Source: Paracoccaceae bacterium (lineage in GTDB: Bacteria; Pseudomonadota; Alphaproteobacteria; Rhodobacterales; Rhodobacteraceae). Taken from it: DNA of 64,000 nt. The notes beneath the pieces were generated by a model, which saw only the letters and a program-made list of their open reading frames with translations, made no database searches and was not told where the DNA came from. Position 1 is the stretch's first letter. Every line of letters starts with the position of its first letter. Shown piece by piece: positions 40,547 to 48,163 of the stretch. The DNA is taken from assembly GCA_947476475.1 (NCBI GenBank), contig CANJQT010000001.1:3570-67569 (forward strand). Reading direction: 5' to 3'. The position numbers were made by a program, and so were the translations under genes.

Positions 40547-43500
40547 TCAGACGGCGAAGCGGCCCCCTTCGACAAGGCGGGCCTGTCCCAAGGCGGCGAG
40601 GCTTTCCAGCAAGGGTTGCACCGATGCGGCGCGACCGCGTTGGAAGTGGCGGGCCACCTGTTCGGGGGTGGCAGTGCCAAGGCCGGTCAGGGTGGCGCGA
40701 ACAGCGGCGATTTGGTCGGGCAGGGTTTTGGGCCACAGGGCCTTGGCGGTTGTTTCTGCCGGGCCAATGTCCATGGCGGTTTGTTCGCCCTTGGTAACGG
40801 TGCGGCCTGCGGGGTTTTGGTAGTCGGGGCGCAGCCAGCGGACCCGCCCGCGCGCTTCCTCGGCGGCGCGTTCCCGGTTCAGGTCCACCAGACGGTGCAG
40901 GATTTCGTCATCGGTCAGGTCGGCGGGCCAGCCGTAAGCCTCGGCCACGGCGGCATCAATCTGGTCGTGCAGGTCGCGCAGGATGCCGATTAACCCTTGG
41001 TCATAGATTTCCTTGTCCTTACCTTCGATCCGCTCCCCGGCCCGAAGTTTTTCAAGGACGTTATACATGGCGGTCAGGGTCAGCTTGGGGTGGGTTGTCT
41101 GTTGCGCCTTGCGGTGGGCGTCGAGTTGTTCACCCAAGGACCGCAGCCGGGCCTTGTGGGCTTCGGTGGGGTCGGGAAAGGGGAAGGGGTCGAAGCAAAG
41201 CGATTTGTTATAGCGCGGACGGTCCTCAAGGGTCCCGCCTGCGGAAAGTGCCCAAGCGACATGAAAACGTGACGAAAGCACAGACAAAGCCACGTCATCA
41301 TCTAAGGCGAACAATACAGTTGTGCTGTCCGCAACCGTATCAGATGCCAAAAAGACAAAGACGCGTTGCGAGGATGTCAGGGAAGTAACGATCATTCTCT
41401 GCAATCCCGAAAGAGCAGGCCTGAATGTGTTTCTGGGCTCACCATAAACCCACCAGTTCTCTCTGACTGACTTCCGGTTGTTTTCTTTGCGTTCGGGCCA
41501 TACCGTATCCATTAGATGCTGAAAAACGAGTGGGTGGTTCGTCCGCAATTCGGCAAGGGATAGTGCGCAAGCATCAATCGCTGTTTTCGGGTCCGCAGAC
41601 CTCTGAATGGCTATTCCGCCGATCCATGGCTTCAACAGTGCCTGAGAGCGTGGCTCAAGTTCTGCTATCTTTTCAGCATGAAACGGCGAAACAAGGAAAC
41701 CTTGCCCAGTGAGTTGATAGCCAACGCAACCCAGTCCACTGTTTGCTTTGAGTTCTGGCGCGCTGATAACGTCTGCTCCGATCCGCAAATCAGCGTAAAT
41801 CTTGCCCGTCTCGATGACAAACCGCACGGGCCTCCCCTCGGCCTCATCTTCACCCTTTCGTTCATCAGCCACAGCACCCAGCCGTCCGGTGGCCTTGCCC
41901 GCCTCGGCCACGGTCATGGCAATGCGCACGGCGGCACCGTCGCCTGCATCCACCCAAGGATGGTCGGGAATGGCAAAGATCAGCGACAGGGGCGTTTTGG
42001 GGTCGCTCAGATGCGGTTCCAGCACCTTGCGGTTAAAGGTCTGGCGCAGGGAATTGGTGGTGATGAAGCCAAAGCGCCTTGTGCCTTTGGCACGGGCCTT
42101 GTCGGTGGCTGGTTTCCAGCCCCGCGCAGCCAGCGCCGCCTTTTCCCACCAATACATAACGTAATCAGCGTTCTCAGGCACTTTCGGATAGACGGTCCTT
42201 AGTGCTTCAAGATAGCCATCATCATAAGACTGCCGTATGGTCCGAAGGCCAATAAAGGGCGGGTTGCCCACGATAAATTCGGCCTCGGGCCATTTGGCTG
42301 GCTGGGGTTTCAGGTACTCCAGCACCTGCACCCGCGCCTGCGGATCGGGCACCTGTTCGCCTGTGACCGGGTGGGTAAGGGTTGTCTGTCCATCCCAGCG
42401 GGTGACAGGTTTGCCGGTGCCGTCCAGCCGGGGTTTGGTGCCCACCCATGTCAGCACCGCATCGCGGTTTTCGATGTTCTTGAAGTCGCGCAGAACGGGT
42501 TCGGCGGGGGATGCCTTGCCATGGGTGCGGAAGTGCCATTGCAGATAGCCGATCCACAGCACCAGTTCGGCCACGGCGGCGGCCCATGGGTTCAGCTCCA
42601 GCCCAAGGAATTGGTGGGGGTCCACCGTATGGCCTGCCAGCGACAGGGCGGCCTGATCCTCGCCCAGATCAGCCAGAAGGGCGGTCACTTCGCCTTCAAG
42701 CCGCTTCATCAGTTCTAGGGCCACGTAAAGGAAGTTGCCCGACCCGCAGGCGGGGTCCAGCACGCGGATTTCGCAGAGTTTGGCGTGAAAGGCGCGGACG
42801 GTATCGCGTGCCTCATCCTCGCGCCCTTGGGCTGCCAAGGCGACTGCGGCGGCCTGCACGTCGCCCCAATCGGCGCGCAAGGGTTCGATGACGGTGGGCA
42901 CCACAAGGCGTTCGACATAGGCGCGGGGCGTGTAATGCGCGCCCAGCTTGTGGCGCTGTTTCTTGTCCAGCGCGCGTTCCAGAAGGGTGCCGAAGATGGA
43001 CGGTTCCACCTCGCGCCAGTCGCGGCTGGCGGCCTCGATCAGAAGCGACAGTTGCACATTGGTCAGGGGAAGGGCGTCGGCATCCCTGAACAGCCCGCCG
43101 TTGAAGCGTTTGAGGTCGGTGGTGAGGATGGCTGAAAAACCGCCGGTGTTCATGGTTTCCCACAGGGATTTGAGCGAGGGGGCCGCATGTTCGGGGTGGC
43201 CCCGCAGGCTTTTCAAGAGGCCAGAGAAACTGTCGCGCGGGATAAGGTCCACGTCTTCCGCGAACATGGTGAACAGGCAGCGCATCAGGAAGCGGGCCAC
43301 CGCCTCGGGTTCATGGCCCTGACCTTCGAAGGACCGGCCCAGTGCTGCCAAACGGTCGGCCACTTCGCGGGTGACTTCGGCGGCGATTTTGGACGGATCA
43401 AGTGCCTGCGGGTCGGTCCAGATCAACCGCAGCCGTTCACGGGTCTTTTCGTCCCGCAAGTCTTCCATGGTGATGCGGTAGCGGTTGCCATCGGGAAACT

Positions 43501-44020
43501 GGGTGTAACCTTGGCCCTGCCCGGTGAAATCGGCATAGACTTCGAAGACATGGCCCACGTCCACGATAATCAGGAAGGGCGGCCAGCCGTCGGCACGGGA
43601 AACCGCGCGGGCGTATCCGTCGGCCTGATTGCGGGCGCGCAGCATGGTGTCATCCCACCGCCGCGTGCCCCGTGCCCCATGACCCTTGCGGGTGGCGTTG
43701 GGCAGATCGGGCAGAAGGGTGGGTTGGGCATCATCGGCGGGCTGCGTGCCGCCCGTGCCTTGCTTGGCTTCCATGACGAAATGACCCGCGCGGTAAAGGT
43801 CGATGAAACCCCGCGTTTGAGCGTTGGTGTGAATGAAGGTCACGGGATGTTCAAAGCAATAGGAATTGGCGCGGGCGGCCTCAGTCGCGGGGGAGGGTCT
43901 GGGTAAACCCAGCACGTCGCAAAGTTCACTTGCGAAGGTCTGGAAGTTGGCGCGTTCGCTGCCACCAGAGGTCTGCCATCTTTGGATAAACTCTTCGACC
44001 TGCAAATTCCCGCCCGCCAT
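40547..44020 (-). CDS. MmeI-like Type IIL/IIG single-polypeptide restriction-modification enzyme (nuclease, m6A MTase, TRD)
   Basis: N-terminal FIDLY...MEAKQG PD-(D/E)xK nuclease, FNGGLF spacer, LDPACGSGNFL motif I, IVGNPPF motif IV, FDPFPFP after the TRD; 1157 aa, uninterrupted. Confidence 0.9.
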   Translation of the reverse strand: MAGGNLQVEEFIQRWQTSGGSERANFQTFASELCDVLGLPRPSPATEAARANSYCFEHPVTFIHTNAQTRGFIDLYRAGHFVMEAKQGTGGTQPADDAQPTLLPDLPNATRKGHGARGTRRWDDTMLRARNQADGYARAVSRADGWPPFLIIVDVGHVFEVYADFTGQGQGYTQFPDGNRYRITMEDLRDEKTRERLRLIWTDPQALDPSKIAAEVTREVADRLAALGRSFEGQGHEPEAVARFLMRCLFTMFAEDVDLIPRDSFSGLLKSLRGHPEHAAPSLKSLWETMNTGGFSAILTTDLKRFNGGLFRDADALPLTNVQLSLLIEAASRDWREVEPSIFGTLLERALDKKQRHKLGAHYTPRAYVERLVVPTVIEPLRADWGDVQAAAVALAAQGREDEARDTVRAFHAKLCEIRVLDPACGSGNFLYVALELMKRLEGEVTALLADLGEDQAALSLAGHTVDPHQFLGLELNPWAAAVAELVLWIGYLQWHFRTHGKASPAEPVLRDFKNIENRDAVLTWVGTKPRLDGTGKPVTRWDGQTTLTHPVTGEQVPDPQARVQVLEYLKPQPAKWPEAEFIVGNPPFIGLRTIRQSYDDGYLEALRTVYPKVPENADYVMYWWEKAALAARGWKPATDKARAKGTRRFGFITTNSLRQTFNRKVLEPHLSDPKTPLSLIFAIPDHPWVDAGDGAAVRIAMTVAEAGKATGRLGAVADERKGEDEAEGRPVRFVIETGKIYADLRIGADVISAPELKANSGLGCVGYQLTGQGFLVSPFHAEKIAELEPRSQALLKPWIGGIAIQRSADPKTAIDACALSLAELRTNHPLVFQHLMDTVWPERKENNRKSVRENWWVYGEPRNTFRPALSGLQRMIVTSLTSSQRVFVFLASDTVADSTTVLFALDDDVALSVLSSRFHVAWALSAGGTLEDRPRYNKSLCFDPFPFPDPTEAHKARLRSLGEQLDAHRKAQQTTHPKLTLTAMYNVLEKLRAGERIEGKDKEIYDQGLIGILRDLHDQIDAAVAEAYGWPADLTDDEILHRLVDLNRERAAEEARGRVRWLRPDYQNPAGRTVTKGEQTAMDIGPAETTAKALWPKTLPDQIAAVRATLTGLGTATPEQVARHFQRGRAASVQPLLESLAALGQARLVEGGRFAV

Positions 44021-44141
44021 ATCTATGCCGGTTCACTCTTGCACCTGTAGTTTCGTGAACGGAAGAGGCTTTGGCGGATTGAGAGTTAGTTCCCGGCCTC
44101 AGCTTGCGATTGTGTGCCAGGGTTGCGCAGATCGGCCCCTG

Positions 44142-44300
44142 TTATTTGCGCCGCAATAGTCGTCTTTGTCGCGCAGCCCTCTTGCGGCACCCTTCGCAGC
44201 AATAGTTCGCGTCAACGCGCCGAAAGCAGGGAATGGCTTCGCAGCACCACAGGCACCGCCAGCCACCGCGCACCGCCCTGTGCAGCAGAAACGGGCGCAT
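44142..44300 (-). CDS. Small Cys-rich Zn-ribbon-like protein (52 aa)
   Basis: MRPFLLHRAVRGGWRCLWCCEAIPCFRRVDANYCCEGCRKRAARQRRLLRRK: CxxC...YCxxxCR pattern with a basic tail. Below the ORF-track cutoff. Confidence 0.55.
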   Translation of the reverse strand: MRPFLLHRAVRGGWRCLWCCEAIPCFRRVDANYCCEGCRKRAARQRRLLRRK

Positions 44301-44856
44301 GTTACGCCTGAGAACAGTGGCTGATCAGGCGCAACCAGCTCCTGTAACGGCTGAAAACAACGGAAAGGTGAAGGCCGGATACGCCTTCTGTCAGAGATAC
44401 GCGCGCGTAATGGTCGCGGGGGGAGGTAGGAAAGTCTCTGGCGCTATGACCGCAGGGACCGCTTGGGAAGCCATCTCATAACGCTAACACAGGTTTTCCT
44501 CGCGCGCGTAATGGTCGCCGGGGGGGCTGAATCCCTACTTCAACAAACCCAAGGACCGACGTTCCTCTTCGCCTGGCATAAATCGCGACAAAAAAGGTTG
44601 GGGCTTGGGTCTGGCGTCTGAGGGGCGAATGGACGACGCCGTAAATACGGGCGTTATCGGCCTAAACAATCAAGAGATTCAACTTTTTCCGCCGCCGCCT
44701 GTTTCCGCCTATGCCGCCAGCCGACCAGCGCGGCAGAAACAAGCGCCTGCGACGGCTGAAAACAGCGGCTGATCAGCGCGACCAGCTCCTGCAATCACCC
44801 GCTTTTCAGGATGCAGCCGTTGAAAACAACGTCTGATCAACGGGACCACCAGCGCC
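44256..44856. repeat. Paralogous 80-90-bp segments (44256-44347, 44714-44794) plus a shorter third copy (44817-44856)
   Basis: Shared core TGARAACARYGKCTGATCA...ACCAGC(T)CC, aligned by eye. Confidence 0.7.
44400..44600 (+). other. Two tandem ~101-bp cos-like units, each starting with the exact 18-mer CGCGCGCGTAATGGTCGC
   Basis: The repeats at 44400 and 44501 are directly visible. Each is followed by G6-7...(AAAGTCT or AATCCCT)...GGACCG, the layout I recall from HK97-type cos regions (inference). Confidence 0.45.
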
Positions 44857-44957
44857 AGGATTTGCCACCCCAGAATGGCCTTTCATAGTTGACCGTCACA
44901 CCACCGCGTTCGTCGGTTTAAATCCACACTGCATCTTGAACGGGCGCGGGCATGGCT

Positions 44958-45095
44958 TCACCTTTGACTTTCTGGGGGCGAAAGGCGGGTCAAGCTGTTG
45001 ACCTTACCCGATCCGCGAAACCGGCCCGCCCCGCAACCCGCAGCCTTCCTGCCGATTGCCCGCTGTTTGATGCGCTGTGCCTTATCACTGCCCAT
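44958..45095 (-). CDS. Small basic hypothetical protein (45 aa) downstream of the initiator-like gene
   Basis: MGSDKAQRIKQRAIGRKAAGCGAGRFRGSGKVNSLTRLSPPESQR with a strong SD (AGGAGGT) upstream. Confidence 0.5.
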   Translation of the reverse strand: MGSDKAQRIKQRAIGRKAAGCGAGRFRGSGKVNSLTRLSPPESQR

Positions 45096-45122
45096 GTCGT
45101 CACCTCCTATGAGTGGTAAGTA

Positions 45123-45653
45123 TTAGTGTTCCATTTCAGAACCGAAGCCGGTGCCGAAAGTGGCGCTGACGGGTTCTGTAGCGGACCCAGATCGGGGCCT
45201 TCGGTTCTGTAGCGGACCCATGTCGAGTGGCGACGGTTCCGCTACAGAACCGCATTCTGTTTTTGGCTTCCAATATCGCCAGTCATTTGTTGCAGCCTGA
45301 TTGCCTTTGGCGGTGATTGTGGTTTTGGTCGTCAGCCGCCATTCATGTGCGCGTCGATGATACCAATGGCCGGGGGTGATCAAGACAAGGAAGCCCTTGT
45401 CCTGCAATTCGTCATAGGCGCGCTGGACCGTGGCCTTACCCAAGCCCAGCGCCTCTACCGCCTCGTTCATCGAAAGGCGAACCTGCCCATTATTGCTGCC
45501 GTTGAACCGGGTATGCACTTCGAGAAAGACTTTGACGGCAGCCCCCGAAAGGGACCGAAAAGCCGATGATTTCAGGAAGGCATACGGCATGGGCGCATAT
45601 TGCCCTTCCTCTGGGCGTTTGCCTGTCCGTCCGTTTGATCCGCGTCTAGCCAT
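45123..45653 (-). CDS. HTH-domain protein, putative replication initiator
   Basis: AFRSLSGAAVKVFLE...NNGQVRLSMNEAVEALGLGKATVQRAYDELQDKGFL winged HTH; the 3' end carries iteron-like repeats. Confidence 0.7.
   Translation of the reverse strand: MARRGSNGRTGKRPEEGQYAPMPYAFLKSSAFRSLSGAAVKVFLEVHTRFNGSNNGQVRLSMNEAVEALGLGKATVQRAYDELQDKGFLVLITPGHWYHRRAHEWRLTTKTTITAKGNQAATNDWRYWKPKTECGSVAEPSPLDMGPLQNRRPRSGSATEPVSATFGTGFGSEMEH
45128..45251. repeat. Four iteron-like repeats, consensus GGTTCTG-N4-GGA(A/C)C (putative ori)
   Basis: Copies at 45128-43 (inverted), 45172-89, 45203-20 (exact 18-mer pair) and 45235-51 (inverted). Confidence 0.7.
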
Positions 45654-45783
45654 GCAGGGTCTCCCCATAGGCCAGGAAGGCCACAAGGCGGGCTTGGGGT
45701 TCCGGCAGGCCATGGCGCGACATCAGGCGGCGCACGGGCGCTGGCGGGGGGCTGTGGCGGGTGTTTGAGGCGTTGGCGGTCAT
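45646..45783 (-). CDS. Small hypothetical protein (45 aa), translationally coupled
   Basis: MTANASNTRHSPPPAPVRRLMSRHGLPEPQARLVAFLAYGETLHG; ATGA overlap with the wHTH gene and overlap with the initiator-like gene start. Confidence 0.6.
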   Translation of the reverse strand: MTANASNTRHSPPPAPVRRLMSRHGLPEPQARLVAFLAYGETLHG

Positions 45784-46088
45784 GCTGCCACCTCCACGCT
45801 CAAGGTAACGCGTGTATGCAGCACATAGCGCGCATGATGGCCCGAGAATGCCCCGCCGTGTTCCTCGGTTTTCGTTTCGATGTCCAACCCGTGTTCGTGG
45901 CGCAGATCGAAAATGTAGGCGCTCCACCTCGGGCCGGGGTTATCAATAGGGGTGCAGCCTTTCGGCCCTGCCACCATCAGGCATTCCAATGCCCATCGGT
46001 CGCGCCCCTGCACGATAATCGTTCGCACTGTGCCGTCGCTTTGGTGGACGGCGAACCGGGCTTTGCCCCAGCGTCTTGTTATGTGCAT
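45780..46088 (-). CDS. Winged-helix-like DNA-binding protein
   Basis: GRDRWALECLMVAGPKGCTPIDNPGPRWSAYIFDLRHEHGLDIET...HGGAFSGHHARYVL. Confidence 0.7.
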   Translation of the reverse strand: MHITRRWGKARFAVHQSDGTVRTIIVQGRDRWALECLMVAGPKGCTPIDNPGPRWSAYIFDLRHEHGLDIETKTEEHGGAFSGHHARYVLHTRVTLSVEVAA

Positions 46089-46199
46089 ATGCTCATGCCT
46101 TTTGCGGCCTTGAGCAAACGCGGCTGATGCCCTAAACTCATCGTGCAACCGAATGAGATTAAAGCCGTCGCGCGTTCGCTCGTGCGGCGGTTTCTCATT

Positions 46200-46379
46200 T
46201 CAAGCACCTGCACGGCTGGCGAGCCAATCGGTGATTTTGCTTTCCGGCCATGCAACGGCCTTGCCTGTCAATCTTACCGGGCGCGGAAACAGGCCCTTGG
46301 CCATAAGGTCATAAATTGTGCTACGAGCTAGACCCGTCAGGTTTTCAACCGCCGCGCGGCGCAGGTGTCTATCTGCCAT
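46200..46379 (-). CDS. alpA: AlpA family regulator/excisionase
   Basis: LRRAAVENLTGLARSTIYDLMAKGLFPRPVRLTGKAVAWPESKITDWL. The frame is open upstream to an ATG at 46562 with a GGAGGT SD. Confidence 0.9.
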   Translation of the reverse strand: MADRHLRRAAVENLTGLARSTIYDLMAKGLFPRPVRLTGKAVAWPESKITDWLASRAGA

Positions 46380-46578
46380 CTTCATTTCCTTTTTCACGAT
46401 TGGTTTCATTGCAAAGCCTGTCAGCCGGAACGCGCCGTTGCCTTGATCGCCAACTGCATCGCGTCCAGCCGTTTGTGACTGCCTCACCCGGTTGCCCCGG
46501 GGCACTTCCTGCGCTTTTCCGGTGCTAAGCACCGTGACTTTCTTCGGGACTTTTTGTCCCATTCCACACCTCCAAAAC

Positions 46579-46613
46579 AAAAAAACCGCCAGAGCCTTTC
46601 GGCACATGGCGGT
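46579..46613 (-). terminator. Intrinsic terminator upstream of alpA
   Basis: ACCGCCA-(inner GCC-GAAA-GGC stem-loop)-TGGCGGT followed by a U-tract on the minus strand. Confidence 0.75.
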
Positions 46614-46702
46614 CCGCCCACCCGAGGATGAGCATCGCTATTTTCGAAAAGGAATCCGAGGGTTTGGCTTACCGCCCCCGCAGACACACATTTCCACCAA
46701 GC

Positions 46703-46731
46703 AAGATAGTTCTCTTTATGTTCTCCGTCAA
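46703..46731 (-). promoter_or_regulatory. Sigma70 promoter TTGACG-N17-TATCTT with an alphaproteobacterial LexA box (GAAC-N7-GAAC) in its spacer
   Basis: -35 at 46726-31, -10 at 46703-08; + strand GTTC-TCTTTAT-GTTC at 46709-46723. Confidence 0.8.
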
Positions 46732-46776
46732 GCCCAGTTGTTCCGTGCAGTGCCGCGCTGGAGGAAGATGGTTTCG

Positions 46777-47976
46777 TTATACAGTTAAAACAATTACTTG
46801 ATTGCGCTCTTGGGCCACAAACGCCGCCCAAGCCTCCATCATCTTGCGCCGTTTCTCAAACACATCACTCCGCGCATAGGCACGTTCCACCGAATCGCCG
46901 GTCAGATGGGCCAAGGCGGCTTCGGCCACTTCGCGCGGATAATTCGTGCGTTCTTGCGCCCATGTGCGGAAAGACGTGCGGAAGCCGTGAATGTCCGCCG
47001 CAAACCCCAGTTCCTTCACCAGCTTGGATAGCGTCATATCGGATAGCGGGCGGCCTTGCTTGGTGCCGGGGAATGCAAACCCGGTGCCATCACCCAGCGC
47101 CCGTGCATCGGCCAATATTTCCAGCGCGCGGAGGGAAAGCGGAACGCGGTGCGGGCGCTTCATCTTCATGCGCGCGGCAGGGATTTCCCAGACTTTGGCG
47201 GTCAGGTCAATTTCATCCCATACCGCTTCCCGCACTTCGCCGGATCGGGTGGCGGTCAGCACCAAAAACTCTATCGCCAGCTTGGTCGCCTGACCGGCCC
47301 CTGATGCTTTCACCGTTTCAAGGCAGCCCGCAACGTCCGCATAGGGCAGCGCCTTCCTGTGTGCCTGCCGCTTGGCGGTCTTGGGCAAAGCCTGTGCAAT
47401 GTTCTCTGCCGGGTTATCCTGCCGCCATCCTTGGGCGATGGCCCATTTCAACACGGTCCCAATGCGCTGGCGCACCCGTCGCGCGGTTTCGGCCTTTTCC
47501 GTCCAGATCGGGGACAGAACGGCCAGCACGTCTGCGGTGTTCACGTCCGTCACCTTCAACCGGGCCAGCTTCGGGAAAGCGTAGTTTTCCAATGAGGTGA
47601 TAAAATCCTGCGCGTGTTTGGGGCTGCGCCATGTCGGCTTGTGCAGTTCATGCACCTTTCGCGCAGCTTCCTCGAACGTCAGGACCGCCAAAGCCTCGCG
47701 TCGGGCTTGCAGCGGGTCGCCACCCGCGCGCGCCAGCTTGCGGTTTTCAAGGGCCACTGCGCGCGCCTCTGCGAGCGATACAAGCGAAGGCGAGCCTAAC
47801 CCAAGTTCGCTTCGCTTGCCCCGGATGATGATGCGCTGCACCCAGAACCGTGAACCGTTCGCGTCAACCCGCAGATAAAGGCCATGCCCGTCGAAATACT
47901 TCCCCGGCCCGGTCGCGTTCTTCACGGCCTGCGCGGTCAGCGCTTTTTCGGGCGTCCGGTTTAAATGCTGGGCCAT
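46777..47976 (-). CDS. int: P4-like tyrosine integrase with N-terminal arm-binding domain
   Basis: DGHGLYLRV...LGLGS.SLVSLAEAR arm domain; catalytic R (TATRSGE), HGFR, H (ALAH) and Y (ERAY) present. Confidence 0.95.
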   Translation of the reverse strand: MAQHLNRTPEKALTAQAVKNATGPGKYFDGHGLYLRVDANGSRFWVQRIIIRGKRSELGLGSPSLVSLAEARAVALENRKLARAGGDPLQARREALAVLTFEEAARKVHELHKPTWRSPKHAQDFITSLENYAFPKLARLKVTDVNTADVLAVLSPIWTEKAETARRVRQRIGTVLKWAIAQGWRQDNPAENIAQALPKTAKRQAHRKALPYADVAGCLETVKASGAGQATKLAIEFLVLTATRSGEVREAVWDEIDLTAKVWEIPAARMKMKRPHRVPLSLRALEILADARALGDGTGFAFPGTKQGRPLSDMTLSKLVKELGFAADIHGFRTSFRTWAQERTNYPREVAEAALAHLTGDSVERAYARSDVFEKRRKMMEAWAAFVAQERNQVIVLTV

Positions 47977-47978
47977 TT

Positions 47979-48013
47979 CTTCCCCCAATCCTTCCCCCAA
48001 TAAATGGGGGAAG
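47979..48013. promoter_or_regulatory. Integrase arm-type sites, right arm (CTTCCCCCAA x2 plus inverted TGGGGGAAG)
   Basis: 47979-88, 47991-48000 and inverted 48005-13, directly upstream of int. Confidence 0.7.
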
Positions 48014-48119
48014 TGAACGGACTATGGCGGAACATGGCGGCTATGGGAAGGGGTTATTTATTTGTAATTATGAGATAAAATGGAATGCACGGGAATGCCT
48101 TGGAACAGAAAATGGCAGA

Positions 48120-48135
48120 CCTCTGCTCCACCAAA
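48120..48135 (+). repeat. att core, displaced tRNA 3' fragment CCTCTGCTCCACCAAA
   Basis: Identical to 40180-40195. Confidence 0.92.
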
Positions 48136-48163
48136 TCCCTGAAATCGCGAACTTGTCGGCGGG

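Noticed and set aside
40547-44020. BREX PglX or DISARM methyltransferase
   Set aside because: It has its own N-terminal PD-(D/E)xK nuclease and no brx/pgl/drm neighbours; a stand-alone Type IIL/IIG enzyme fits better.
44256-44856. CRISPR array
   Set aside because: Repeats are few, degenerate and irregularly spaced, with no cas genes.
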